The notes below the pieces were generated by a model. That model did no database searches and was not told the DNA's origin. It saw only the letters and a list, made by a program, of their open reading frames with translations. Made by a program: the position numbers and the translations under genes. Shown here piece after piece: positions 9,935-19,710 of a stretch of 64,000 nt of DNA. Source of the DNA: a bacterium (GTDB lineage Bacteria > UBA8248). Within the stretch, counting starts at the first letter, position 1; every line of letters begins with the position of its first letter. The stretch covers positions 416,001 to 480,000 of the forward strand of contig CBDATS010000005.1 in NCBI GenBank assembly GCA_965200245.1. Direction: 5' to 3'.

Positions 9935-11215
9935 ATGAAGGTCATCATTGTCGGCGGGGGCGGGCGCGAGCACGCTCTGGCCTGGAAACTCAGCCAAAGC
10001 CCCGACGTGGAAACGATAGTCTGCGCGCCCGGAAACGCGGGCACGGCACAGATTGGGCGAAATGCGTCCGTCGGCGCGGAAGACATCCAGGGCCTCGTCA
10101 CGCTGGCGAGAAAGGAAAACCCGGGTCTTGTCGTCGTCGGTCCTGAAGCCCCCCTGGCCTTGGGGCTGGTCGACGAACTCGAATCGATCGGTATCCCCGC
10201 GTTCGGCCCAAGCGCCGAGGCCGCCCGCATCGAGGCGAGCAAGGCATTCTCCAAGGCCCTGATGGGTGAGGCGGGAATCCTCACCGCCGCCTACGGCGTT
10301 TTCGAGGATGCGCAAGCGGCGAAGGGTTTCGTCTCGGAACGCGGCGGCGCATGGGCGGTCAAGGCCGACGGCCTGGCAGCGGGCAAGGGAGTGCTCCTCT
10401 GCCCCGACGTGGCGAGCGCTCATGTGGCTATAGCGCAGATCATGGAACAACGGGCTTTCGGCGATGCTGGCAAGAGGTGTGTGGTGGAGGAATTTCTGGA
10501 AGGCGAGGAGGCGAGCTTTCTCGCGTTTGCAGACGGAGAGACGGCGCTCCCCATGGCTTCGGCCCAGGATCACAAGGCCATCGGCGAGGGGGACACCGGT
10601 CCCAACACGGGCGGCATGGGCGCGTATTCACCTGCACCCGTGCTTTCGGGCACACTCGAGGAGAAGGCGCTCGAAACCGTCATCAAGCCCGCCATCCGTG
10701 CCATGGCAAAGCGGGGAACACCTTACCGGGGAGTTCTCTATGCCGGTCTCATGGTACAGGGCGATGAACTGAAAGTCCTGGAATTCAACTGCCGCTTTGG
10801 CGATCCCGAGTGCCAGCCGCTTCTCATCCGCATGAATGGAGATTTGCTGCCCATCCTCATGGCCAGCGTGGAAGGCAACCTGCACGAGACGGCCATACGC
10901 TATTCGAAAGACCCCGCGGTCTGCGTCGTCATGGCGGCGGGCGGATACCCGGATAATTACAGGAAGGGCGACTCGGTCCACGGCATCGAGGACGCCGATG
11001 CCCTGCCCGGCGTTCACATCTTTCACGCCGGAACCGCCCGGAACGATGCGGGCGACATCGTGACAACAGGAGGCCGTGTATTGGGTGTCACCGCACGCGG
11101 GCTTGATATCCGCGCCGCTATCGCGCGCGCTTATGAGGCGTGCGACCTGATCCATTGGGAAGACGCGTATTTCAGAAAAGACATCGGCGCCAAGGCCTTG
11201 AGACGCCTAGTCTGA
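9935..11215 (+). CDS. purD: phosphoribosylamine--glycine ligase
   Basis: GGGGREHALAWK, VKADGLAAGKGV, QDHK..DTGPNTGGMGAYSP, EFNCRFGDPE. Confidence 0.97.
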   Translation: MKVIIVGGGGREHALAWKLSQSPDVETIVCAPGNAGTAQIGRNASVGAEDIQGLVTLARKENPGLVVVGPEAPLALGLVDELESIGIPAFGPSAEAARIEASKAFSKALMGEAGILTAAYGVFEDAQAAKGFVSERGGAWAVKADGLAAGKGVLLCPDVASAHVAIAQIMEQRAFGDAGKRCVVEEFLEGEEASFLAFADGETALPMASAQDHKAIGEGDTGPNTGGMGAYSPAPVLSGTLEEKALETVIKPAIRAMAKRGTPYRGVLYAGLMVQGDELKVLEFNCRFGDPECQPLLIRMNGDLLPILMASVEGNLHETAIRYSKDPAVCVVMAAGGYPDNYRKGDSVHGIEDADALPGVHIFHAGTARNDAGDIVTTGGRVLGVTARGLDIRAAIARAYEACDLIHWEDAYFRKDIGAKALRRLV

Positions 11216-11985
11216 TTCGTGGTCTTCCCCATACACACCCTCGTCATCCTTACCTTTACAGACGGGGGGCGACCCACCTGTTTCGAAGTCTCATTCACCC
11301 CGAATCCCGATGCAATCACAAACAAGAGTGCACACTTCACCTTGTCGTGACAGACATCCTCTGTCACCAACGTGAAAGCGACTCGATGCTCGGCGTCGCG
11401 TCTCCCGCTGCGCACGGCATTACGGCCAACTACTCCCTGAACGCAGGGAAAAGTGCGGTGCCCGTCACCAAAAACCGTCAGGTCACCCAGCACGGAAATC
11501 AGTGTGACGAGGCCTCCGTTCACCTGGAATACGAGACGATTCCCCAGAAACTCTTGCCAACCTGAAAACGTACCCCGGAATCGAGGACGCGCTGCCGCAC
11601 CGCAATGTCAACTCGTGCCTCGAGTTGATCCCCGAGTGGATGAGTGACGTGATGGTACTGGCGGATTCGGGGACTGTATCCGGCGTGACTGATGTGGCCG
11701 AACGCGAGGTTCAACCGAGAAGCCACGACTCGCTGCAAGAAAACGTCGTGTCTCTGGGGGCTGAAAGTTTTCTGGTTTCACACCAGGCAACCGACCGCAC
11801 CGTTTCAAGTGCGCCCGCTACATGATGGAGAGACTCTGATACGACATAACCTGTGGCCACGCAGCCCGTTCAATCATCAGGCATCACGCTTGAGGCACAG
11901 AATTTTCTCGTCGATTCCCGGGAAAGGGTACGGGAATACATCCCGAGTGACAGGGACACGTTCAAGCGGCCCACTGATTCCGTGA

Positions 11986-13004
11986 CTAACACTCTTGCGC
12001 CGCGCGTTGCTCTAGATAATCTTCCAGCGCAAAAGGCGTGCCTTGCCTCTCGGGTTCGATCAGTTCGACGCCGGGAAAGTGTGACGCCTCCTCGAACCAG
12101 GTCCGTTGCGCAGGCAGGCCCACCCTCCCCCGGCATTAAGTTCCGAGACGTCCCAAGCCACCGGCTCTATCTCCAAATCCAGCATCTGATGCGGCGCATC
12201 GAGGAGTATTTCACCCCGGTGGCCATCCGGGTCACGGATATAGACATACTGGACGTGTCCCATCGTGTACCGACCAGGACCACGTTCCACGGCGTCGCCG
12301 TAACCCATCTGTCCTGCAATGTCACAAGCGCGCATCATGTTCTGAAACGAGCGCGTGACATACGCGAAGTGGTGCATCCGTGGTCCCCTGCCCGTCAGAA
12401 AGACGATATCCCAGGGAATATCTTTGCGATAGGAAAATATTCCCAGCACGTCGCTTGAGCCCGGCGCCGTCATATAGTCACTGATCCGAAACCCGAGCCT
12501 GTTGTAAAGGTCGAAAGCGCTCACGACGTCGGCCGCATGGAGTTGCATGTGATCGAAGCGCAACCCGCAGGCTCCTTTGTGCACGTTGTAATCGGGATCG
12601 GCGCGTTCGATACGATCCATACGGGCGCAAAATTCCAGCGGCGTCCCGTTGGGGTCGGAAACCCGGAGCGTCCGCCCTTGATGGGGAGCATCGACCCAGT
12701 GGGGTGAGAGTTTCTCGGCGATAAAGAACCGATCTGCCTTTTCGAGTTCCTCCTCCGTCAAAACACGGAACCCGATGGTTTCACAAACCGGCTCGGCATC
12801 GGCGCGTTTGAGAATGAGGCTGTGGTGGCACGCCTCCTCAATACCGCGCAGGTAGACAGCCTCGCCGTCTTCCTCGGTGACGACCAGGCCGAATACCTCC
12901 GTATAGAAATCGCGGCTACGCGCGGGGTCACGGCAAGTGATAACGGCGTGGCTGATACGAGTGATGTTGAATGGCGGATAGAACACCGGAGAAGGAATCG
13001 GCAT
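11986..13004 (-). pseudogene. HpaD-like (homoprotocatechuate 2,3-dioxygenase family) extradiol dioxygenase with a frameshift near the C-terminus
   Basis: PPFNITRISH, YLRGIEEACHHSL, FDH, MHHFAY, YIRDPDGHRGE. The family tail (LPAQRTWFEEASHFPGVE...LEDYL) continues in another frame after the G/C-run near 12118-12132 and stops at 11986. Could be a one-base sequencing error. Confidence 0.8.
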
Positions 13005-13122
13005 ATCTTGCTCCTCTTCATGAGGTTCGCGCGCATCTTTTAGTCGTATCACCAGATGTGACCGGCCGGGCGTGCGCTGCACCTTTCCGGCTGCCAGCGT
13101 TCACTACCCGGCTCCGTAACGG

Positions 13123-13782
13123 TCATCCAGCAACCGGGTTTCCCACGAATTGCGATATCGGGGCGACGACGCGGCCAGCCGATATCGGAATGCACGTCTG
13201 TGCAATTTCCTGTTTGATCTCGATGCCACGATCACGCACTTCATCGATGAACTGCCCAAGATGTCGCATGGCACCGGTAGGAACGTCATGGAGAACCACG
13301 ACAGTCCAGTCCTGAGCGTCACAATGTTCGAGAGCTGTTTTCACCCAATCGTCGGGATGCTCCCAGTCACGCGGGATGCTGTTCCACAATACCATGGAGA
13401 AACCGTCTTCAATCAGGATGTCCCGCGCCCTCGGGCTGAGCAGATGGTCGCCCAGCAAGCCGCCGTCCCCTTTGGGACGAAACATGCGGTGGTTCGTAGC
13501 GAAATCGTCAATCAGGGCCTGGGTCCCGCATATTTCGCGCTCGACGATCTCCTCCGACGGCTGTCGGCCCAAAGGTGTCGAATGCGACCAGGTGTGGTTT
13601 CCGATCCAGTGCCCCGCGGCCGACACGCTCTGGGCAAGCGAACGGCCCTCCGGCATCGCCAGCCTCTCGCCGAGCATGAAGAAAGTGGCCAGAATCTCCC
13701 TGTCCTCCAGCACGCGGAGAACATGCGGGGTAACTTCGGCGAAGGGGCCGTTGTCGAAGGTGGGGGTCAGAGATTTGGTCAT
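13123..13782 (-). CDS. polysaccharide deacetylase (NodB/CE4) family protein
   Basis: TFDNGP, ATFF, GNHTWSH, FRP, VVLHD. Confidence 0.85.
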   Translation of the reverse strand: MTKSLTPTFDNGPFAEVTPHVLRVLEDREILATFFMLGERLAMPEGRSLAQSVSAAGHWIGNHTWSHSTPLGRQPSEEIVEREICGTQALIDDFATNHRMFRPKGDGGLLGDHLLSPRARDILIEDGFSMVLWNSIPRDWEHPDDWVKTALEHCDAQDWTVVVLHDVPTGAMRHLGQFIDEVRDRGIEIKQEIAQTCIPISAGRVVAPISQFVGNPVAG

Positions 13783-13785
13783 GGC

Positions 13786-14331
13786 TCAGAACGGCGCCGA
13801 AACACCGGAGGGGAGGTCGTGCTCAGCCGCGTTGAGAAGTGCCGCGCCGTTGATGCAATGCCCGATGAGGCCCGAAATCTCGACAACGCCGGGAAGGCCA
13901 AATTCCGTTCGCACCGCATTGAACTGTGCGTCGGACACTCGGCGCTCCCTGAGCAGGGCGATCACATAGCCGTACACCGCCGCTTCGGCTACATCGTCGA
14001 AACGCGGGGGGCGGTCGGTGCGGATGGCCTCGATGACTTCGCTGCCCAGTCCGTTCTTTCGCGCAATCGGCACGTGCACGAACCATTCATGATGACAGCG
14101 CCAGTCGCGGGCGACGATCAGGATAACCAACTTTCGGACGTTTCCAGGAAGCGTCCCCTAGAAGCGCAGGTATTCGCCGAGTTCCTGGGCGCGAGCCGCA
14201 AAATCGGGCTGGTGAAGCCACAATGCCATGAGCCCGCCGGCATGGCCGCGCCTGCCCGCAATCATCCGATCCGCCACTTCACGCTGGCGGGCGGTCATCT
14301 CATTCTCATCGACACCGTAAAAGCGAGCCAC
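13786..14331 (-). pseudogene. carboxymuconolactone decarboxylase/AhpD-like protein interrupted by an in-frame TAG
   Basis: One frame reads ...WLHQPDFAARAQELGEYLRF*GTLPGNVRKLVILIVARDWRCHHEWFVH... with TAG at 14158-14160. Confidence 0.8.
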
Positions 14332-14435
14332 AGGCCACTCTCCGAAAAACCGGAAACAGATCAACAGCGATACCTCTTGCTCGAGGTAAAGGCTCCATGT
14401 ACCCAGTGGAAATTGGTCGCGCGGCTCACGCCACC

Positions 14436-14822
14436 TCAGGGATTTCGCTTGAGCCAGGGGAATTTTTCATCTATACCCGGCCAAATCTCGCGGATGGAGA
14501 AAAAACATATCGCTATCCAGATGGCTAACCCCAAGTCGAAACCCTCGAGTACCCGCACCATCCAGATAAAATCGAAGACGCCCAGTACCAACACAGAGAG
14601 ATAGCAGCACCACGCGAACCCCCACCGGGTCGCCAGCCCGAACACGCACAACGCCGCCCCCGCCCCCAGCGTGGCCCAGCCGTAGCCCACTCTGCCCGGC
14701 TGATTCATATACATGGCGGAAACGGTGAAGACGACGAGTAACGTGCCGACAAGCAAGGTTGTCCTGGCCGCACGCAGCGCGCTGAACACTCTTTCTTCTC
14801 CTGCGGGGGGTTCATTCATCAC
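14436..14822 (-). CDS. small integral membrane protein (about 4 TM)
   Basis: 128 aa, four hydrophobic stretches, no recognised motif. Confidence 0.55.
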   Translation of the reverse strand: MMNEPPAGEERVFSALRAARTTLLVGTLLVVFTVSAMYMNQPGRVGYGWATLGAGAALCVFGLATRWGFAWCCYLSVLVLGVFDFIWMVRVLEGFDLGLAIWIAICFFSIREIWPGIDEKFPWLKRNP

Positions 14823-14948
14823 TTCTCGCTTTCCGTTTGGACACCACCCTGTGAGGGTACGCCATACGTTCCTCGTTGCCTAGGTACTCTTCCGTGTGGT
14901 GTAATCGCGAGACTGAATTCCCATTCATTTATTTGAGGAGGACGCGCC

Positions 14949-15989
14949 TTGAAGGCAATGGTGCTAAGAGAACCGGGAAAACCCTTTACCGAGGAAGAAT
15001 ATCCGGATCCCGTGCCGGGACCGGGGGAAGCGGTCGCGAAGGTACTGGCCTGCGGAGCAGGGTTGACCATCCACCACGCCCGTATGGGCCGGGTGCCGGG
15101 GGTGAACTATCCCCTCATTATCGGCCATGAGATAACAGCCGTCATCAGTGCCTTGGGCAGTGGCGTGGAGGGTCTCCGGGAGGGGGATGCGGTGACCGCC
15201 CATTTCTACGTCACCTGCGGGCGGTGCAAATGGTGCCTTATCAACCGCGAAACCCTGTGCGAGAACTTTACGGGCTATATCGGCCGCCAGGTGCAGGGTG
15301 CCTATGCGGAATACATCAAGCTGCCCGCACGGAATTTCATCAAGCTGCCCGCCGGACTGGACTACGAGAACAACGCGGCGGAAGTCTCCGTTATCTGCGA
15401 CGCCATAGCCACACCCTACAAGGTGACGAGGCGCGCGCGCATTGCCCCGCTTGAGAACGTGGCCGTCATAGGTGCTGGCGGCGGCGTGGGCATCCACATG
15501 GTGATGATGGCGAAGTGGGCGCGCGCCAGGGTCATCGCTGTGGACGTGGCGGCAAACAAACTCGGCAAATGCCGCGATGTAGGAGCGGATGAGACCTTCG
15601 ACGCGTCACAGGGAGACGTAGCCGGCGCGCTCATGGACTTGACGAACGGCAAGGGCGTGGACGTGGTGATCGATTTCGTCTCCTCCGCCTCCACGATGGA
15701 AGCGGGTGTTCAGTCCCTGGGAACCGGCGGTCGTCTCGTTACGTTGGGTGGCACGGGGCAGCCGTTCCAGGCTGCAGCACGCAATATGGTGCAAAAAGAA
15801 CTCGAACTCATGGGCAGCCGCTACGCGTCAAAACAGGAACTCAAGGACTCGCTCGAACTGGTGGCGCGGGGCGATGTCTGGCCCGTGGTGACGGAAACCT
15901 ATTCGTTCACAGTCGATGAGGTGGAAAAAGTCCACGAACGGCTCGAGGCGGCGGCCGTGACGGGCCGCGCAGTCGTCGTGATGGATTAA
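14949..15989 (+). CDS. zinc-binding alcohol dehydrogenase (MDR family)
   Basis: IIGHE, CGRCKWC...C structural zinc, GAGGGVG. GAGGAGG RBS before a TTG start. Confidence 0.9.
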   Translation: MKAMVLREPGKPFTEEEYPDPVPGPGEAVAKVLACGAGLTIHHARMGRVPGVNYPLIIGHEITAVISALGSGVEGLREGDAVTAHFYVTCGRCKWCLINRETLCENFTGYIGRQVQGAYAEYIKLPARNFIKLPAGLDYENNAAEVSVICDAIATPYKVTRRARIAPLENVAVIGAGGGVGIHMVMMAKWARARVIAVDVAANKLGKCRDVGADETFDASQGDVAGALMDLTNGKGVDVVIDFVSSASTMEAGVQSLGTGGRLVTLGGTGQPFQAAARNMVQKELELMGSRYASKQELKDSLELVARGDVWPVVTETYSFTVDEVEKVHERLEAAAVTGRAVVVMD

Positions 15990-16003
15990 GCAACGACAAC
16001 GGT

Positions 16004-16744
16004 TTAGTTGACGAGTTTCCACTGACCGTCGGGCTGTCTGCAGGCGGTGCCGTATGCGCTTTGCCTCTCGCCGTTGATGACAACCGTCTGCTGAAATTCC
16101 CGGCAGTACTGGTTGAGTTCGTTCTTGAACGCCGGCCTGGGAACAACAACGCCGCACACCCGCCTGTCGGGGTTGTCCCACACGGTGCGCGTACCGGATC
16201 GCTGGTTCTCGAGCGCGTACTGCGTGGCATTCGCGAGCTTGAGCCGTTCGACCTCGTCAAGATCGCGTCCAATCTGCCCGCCGACGATGCTGCCAAGCAG
16301 CACGCCTGCGAAGGTGGCGAGCGCGCGTCCGCTGCCCTTGCCGACATGGTGACCGATGACGCCGCCGCTGATAGCGCCAATCATCGAGCCGAGAACCTCG
16401 TTGTCGCTGCTCGTGTAATAGACCGCGCAATCATCGTCGGAGGGATGATAGACGTAACGTTGGCGTGGGTAGGGTCCATAGACGACGCGGGGGCCAGCCC
16501 AGACCGGATAGCCGTACCACACCGGAGCGACGAAGCTCGGGCCGTACCAGAAGTTATGTCGAATGACGACGCGAGGACGGCGATGTGACCTGTGTTTATG
16601 GCGATGCGACTTGTATTTATGTTGCCTATGTTGCCGATGATATCCGTGACGCCTGTCACCACGACTATCCGCCAACGCAGTATTGGCAAGAAATACGACC
16701 GCCAGCCCACTCAACAGGACGGCGATTCCTAAACGCTTCATCAA
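16004..16744 (-). CDS. exported glycine-zipper 2TM / 17-kDa surface antigen-like protein
   Basis: Signal peptide, His/Arg-rich stretch, GAISGGVIGHHVGKGSG..GSIVGGQIGRDLDE, WDNPD, YCREFQQTVVING..AYGTACRQPDGQWK. Confidence 0.85.
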   Translation of the reverse strand: MMKRLGIAVLLSGLAVVFLANTALADSRGDRRHGYHRQHRQHKYKSHRHKHRSHRRPRVVIRHNFWYGPSFVAPVWYGYPVWAGPRVVYGPYPRQRYVYHPSDDDCAVYYTSSDNEVLGSMIGAISGGVIGHHVGKGSGRALATFAGVLLGSIVGGQIGRDLDEVERLKLANATQYALENQRSGTRTVWDNPDRRVCGVVVPRPAFKNELNQYCREFQQTVVINGERQSAYGTACRQPDGQWKLVN

Positions 16745-17057
16745 GCCACCTCCTTATAGCTTTTTCTATCCGACCGGAAAAGATTCACCCGGCTATCCGT
16801 TTATTATACCTTTCGACGCCGCCAGGTTCCATCTTTTTTACATACCAATATTCCACCGATTGCCCTGCTTTCTTCCAAAGCGGCCCTCACTCCTTCGATT
16901 GCGCTCCATTACTGGCCCACTTGGTCGGGGATGAGCTTCACAACCCCCATCTCTCTTCCCTGGAGGGGAACCCCTCTGAACTTTGAAGATTCTCGCCTCC
17001 GCGTATAGAATCGTCCACTTGCGGAATCACACGATAATTCAGGAGGTTTCAGTTCCG

Positions 17058-17513
17058 ATGAGCGAAGGCGTTGCGTTCGAAAAGTGGGAAGTCGGAAGTA
17101 AATTCACCACGCGGGGCAGAACCATTACCGAGACCGACGTGGTAAACTACGTCAACCTCGTGGGCTATACGGAAAGTCTGTTCCTCGACATGGAATTTCT
17201 GCGGGAAAAAGGCCACGACAGGCGCATGGCTCCTGCCCTGTTCACCTGCGGAATCGCGGATACCCTAATCGTCCAGACAGGCGTCTTGCACGATTACGCG
17301 ATAGCGCTCCTGGGCGTGGACGGCCTTGTGGCGCGCAAGCCGGTCTACGTGGACGATACGCTCACGGTGGAAGTCGAGACGACCGACGTGCGGCCTTCCA
17401 GAAGCAGGCCCGATCGCGGTGTCGTCTCCACACACCAGAGGGTACGCAACCAAGACGGCGAGGTCGTGCTCGAGTACGACGTGAAGCGCATGCTGTTAAG
17501 AAGCGACGCCTGA
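17058..17513 (+). CDS. MaoC family dehydratase
   Basis: GRTITETDV, PVYVDDTL, RPDRGVV, NQDGEVV. AGGAGG RBS. Confidence 0.85.
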   Translation: MSEGVAFEKWEVGSKFTTRGRTITETDVVNYVNLVGYTESLFLDMEFLREKGHDRRMAPALFTCGIADTLIVQTGVLHDYAIALLGVDGLVARKPVYVDDTLTVEVETTDVRPSRSRPDRGVVSTHQRVRNQDGEVVLEYDVKRMLLRSDA

Positions 17514-17523
17514 TGCGGACATT

Positions 17524-18501
17524 TTACAGTCCGAAGAACTTCCTCGCCGTACCGCTCCATATTTTCTCTGCGTCTTCGGCTGAAAGATCGAGCACGTCCA
17601 TCATGTCGGCGTGGCGCTTCACGGGCACCCAAGGGGCGTCGCTCGCGAACATCATGCGCGATGGGCCCATCTCCTGTAAGGAAAATTCGAGTGCCGTCCG
17701 GGAGTGAACCACCGTATCCGTATAGAAACGCGCGAAGTACTCGCTCGGATCACGCGTGATGAGGTCCTGCTCATCACGGTAGCGCGAACTCAGGTTGTCC
17801 ACCCGCCCGATGAATAGCGGAAGCGAGGCGCCTCCGTGCGGCAGGAGCACCTTGAGGTCGGGGTAGCGTTCCAGCACGCCACCCAGGATGAGCCTGAGCG
17901 CCGCCAGGCACTCATCGAACATGAAACCAATCATCGGTCCCAGCCAGTGATCCTCATACTGCGGACCTGAGGGAGAAGGCCCGGGGTGCAATACAAGCGG
18001 AACGCCGCGCTCGGCCAGTAGCCCCCAGAGTGGCTCGTAGGCCGCGTCGTCGATGTAACGTTCACCGCCGATGTAGGCGAATACCTGAAGACCCACGAAA
18101 TCGAGTTCGTCCACGCAGCGCTCCAGTTCGCGGCAAGATGCGTCCACGTCCCCGAACCCCAGCGAGGCCACACACCGGAGGCGCTCCGGGTGCCGTGTCG
18201 CCGCCTCGGCCAGGCCGTCGTTGCCGATTCTCGCGAGTTCGTCCGCGTCCTTGGTTTTTTTTGCGAGGTCCGGGCCTGGAATGTTGATGCTGATCAGGGC
18301 AATATCAATTTCCTGTTCATCCATCTCGGCGAGCTTGATGTCGATATCCAGCGCAGGAAGCCGCATGGGAAGTTTTTGCGACGGGCTCGCCCACGCCCAC
18401 CAAAAATCCCCAGCCTTCTCGTAACGCGGGAAATCGGTGCGGGCGGCGAGCGCCGTGACGTAGGCTTGTGGTACATAATGGGTCTGAACATCGATGCGCA
18501 T
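17524..18501 (-). CDS. amidohydrolase-2 family protein (ACMSD-like decarboxylase/hydratase)
   Basis: IDVQTH, LVLHP, GVLERYPDLKVLLPHGGA, FYTDT, MFASDAP. Confidence 0.85.
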   Translation of the reverse strand: MRIDVQTHYVPQAYVTALAARTDFPRYEKAGDFWWAWASPSQKLPMRLPALDIDIKLAEMDEQEIDIALISINIPGPDLAKKTKDADELARIGNDGLAEAATRHPERLRCVASLGFGDVDASCRELERCVDELDFVGLQVFAYIGGERYIDDAAYEPLWGLLAERGVPLVLHPGPSPSGPQYEDHWLGPMIGFMFDECLAALRLILGGVLERYPDLKVLLPHGGASLPLFIGRVDNLSSRYRDEQDLITRDPSEYFARFYTDTVVHSRTALEFSLQEMGPSRMMFASDAPWVPVKRHADMMDVLDLSAEDAEKIWSGTARKFFGL

Positions 18502-18594
18502 GTAATTCTCCAGATGTATGGTGAAATCCTAGATTGGACACGGAGATTATTCCCCCGAAACGCAGCGGATGCAAATTCAAGTGAGGAGACGATT

Positions 18595-19653
18595 GTGAAA
18601 ACGACAGGAGTAGCCGTCATTGGCGCAGGCGGTATCGGAACGCTTAGGGCGCATGCATGCGCGCAGATTCCCCAGGTGGACTACCTCGCCGTGTGCGACA
18701 TCGTGCCCGAGAAGCTGGACCGCCTTGCTGAGTCGGTGCGTGCCGACGTGGCCACGGAAAAATATGAGGTGGCGATACGGGACGAGCGCGTGGGTGCCGT
18801 CATCGTCTCATCGGACGAGGAATACCACCACGGACCCGCCGCTCTGGCGACCGAACTCGGAAAGCCCGTGCTCATCGAAAAGCCCTTCGTCCTCGACCTC
18901 GACGAGGCGGACGACATTATCGCCAAGGCCGACAAGTCGGGGGCCGAGATTTTCGTGGGCTACACCCAGCGTTACAGAAGGCGCTTTCTGCTCGCCAAGC
19001 AGGCGGCCTTCGCCGGGCAACTTGGCGACATCGTGATGGCACTTGGCAAAATTTACGTCACGCGCGCCGTGGGCGAGGCCGTGGCGAAACGTTCGCCCAA
19101 CACTACGCCCTCCATCAACACCCTCACCTACATGGTCGACCTCATCCTCTGGTATATGGAGGGAAAAAAGCCTGTCGAGGTCTACGCCCGCTCGGCAAGC
19201 TTCGTGTTCAAGAAATACAATCGCGACGATTTCCAGTGGATGATCGTCTCCTTCGACGACGGGAGCGTGGCCACCCTGGGCACGAGTTGGCTCCCGCCTC
19301 ATCACTGGCCCGCCTATACGGCAACAATGGAGATCGACTTGCAAGGCACCAAAGGGTCCCTGAACGTGGACGATGCTCACCGAGACGTCATTCTCGCGCC
19401 CGAGGAAGCGATCCCCTGCCCCTACACGCCCGAGCACCAGGTAAACGTCGCCTTCCTGGGCTCCGCCATGCCGGGGGATTTCGTGATGGGTGAGTTTTTC
19501 GGTCCCATGAAGGAAGAAACCGACGCCTTCGTTCGTCACATTCTGGGAATCGGCGGGGTGGGACTTGCTACTGGCGCGCATGCGAGAGAGGTGCTCGCCC
19601 TCACCATGGCGGCGGACCGATCCTGCAAGGAGGGTAAACCCGTCGCGCTTTAG
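18595..19653 (+). CDS. Gfo/Idh/MocA family oxidoreductase
   Basis: VAVIGAGGIG, GKPVLIEKP, VGYTQRY. GTG start behind GAGGAG. Confidence 0.88.
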   Translation: MKTTGVAVIGAGGIGTLRAHACAQIPQVDYLAVCDIVPEKLDRLAESVRADVATEKYEVAIRDERVGAVIVSSDEEYHHGPAALATELGKPVLIEKPFVLDLDEADDIIAKADKSGAEIFVGYTQRYRRRFLLAKQAAFAGQLGDIVMALGKIYVTRAVGEAVAKRSPNTTPSINTLTYMVDLILWYMEGKKPVEVYARSASFVFKKYNRDDFQWMIVSFDDGSVATLGTSWLPPHHWPAYTATMEIDLQGTKGSLNVDDAHRDVILAPEEAIPCPYTPEHQVNVAFLGSAMPGDFVMGEFFGPMKEETDAFVRHILGIGGVGLATGAHAREVLALTMAADRSCKEGKPVAL

Positions 19654-19710
19654 TATCTGCACGGATAACGCCTGGATGTATCCGGGCGGGCAGGATGTAC
19701 TGGATTCTTG

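Noticed and set aside
11216-11985. 770-bp gap after purD with broken plus-strand reading frames
   Set aside because: It may be a decayed gene, but I could not recognise any family motif or RNA structure; a BLASTX search is needed.
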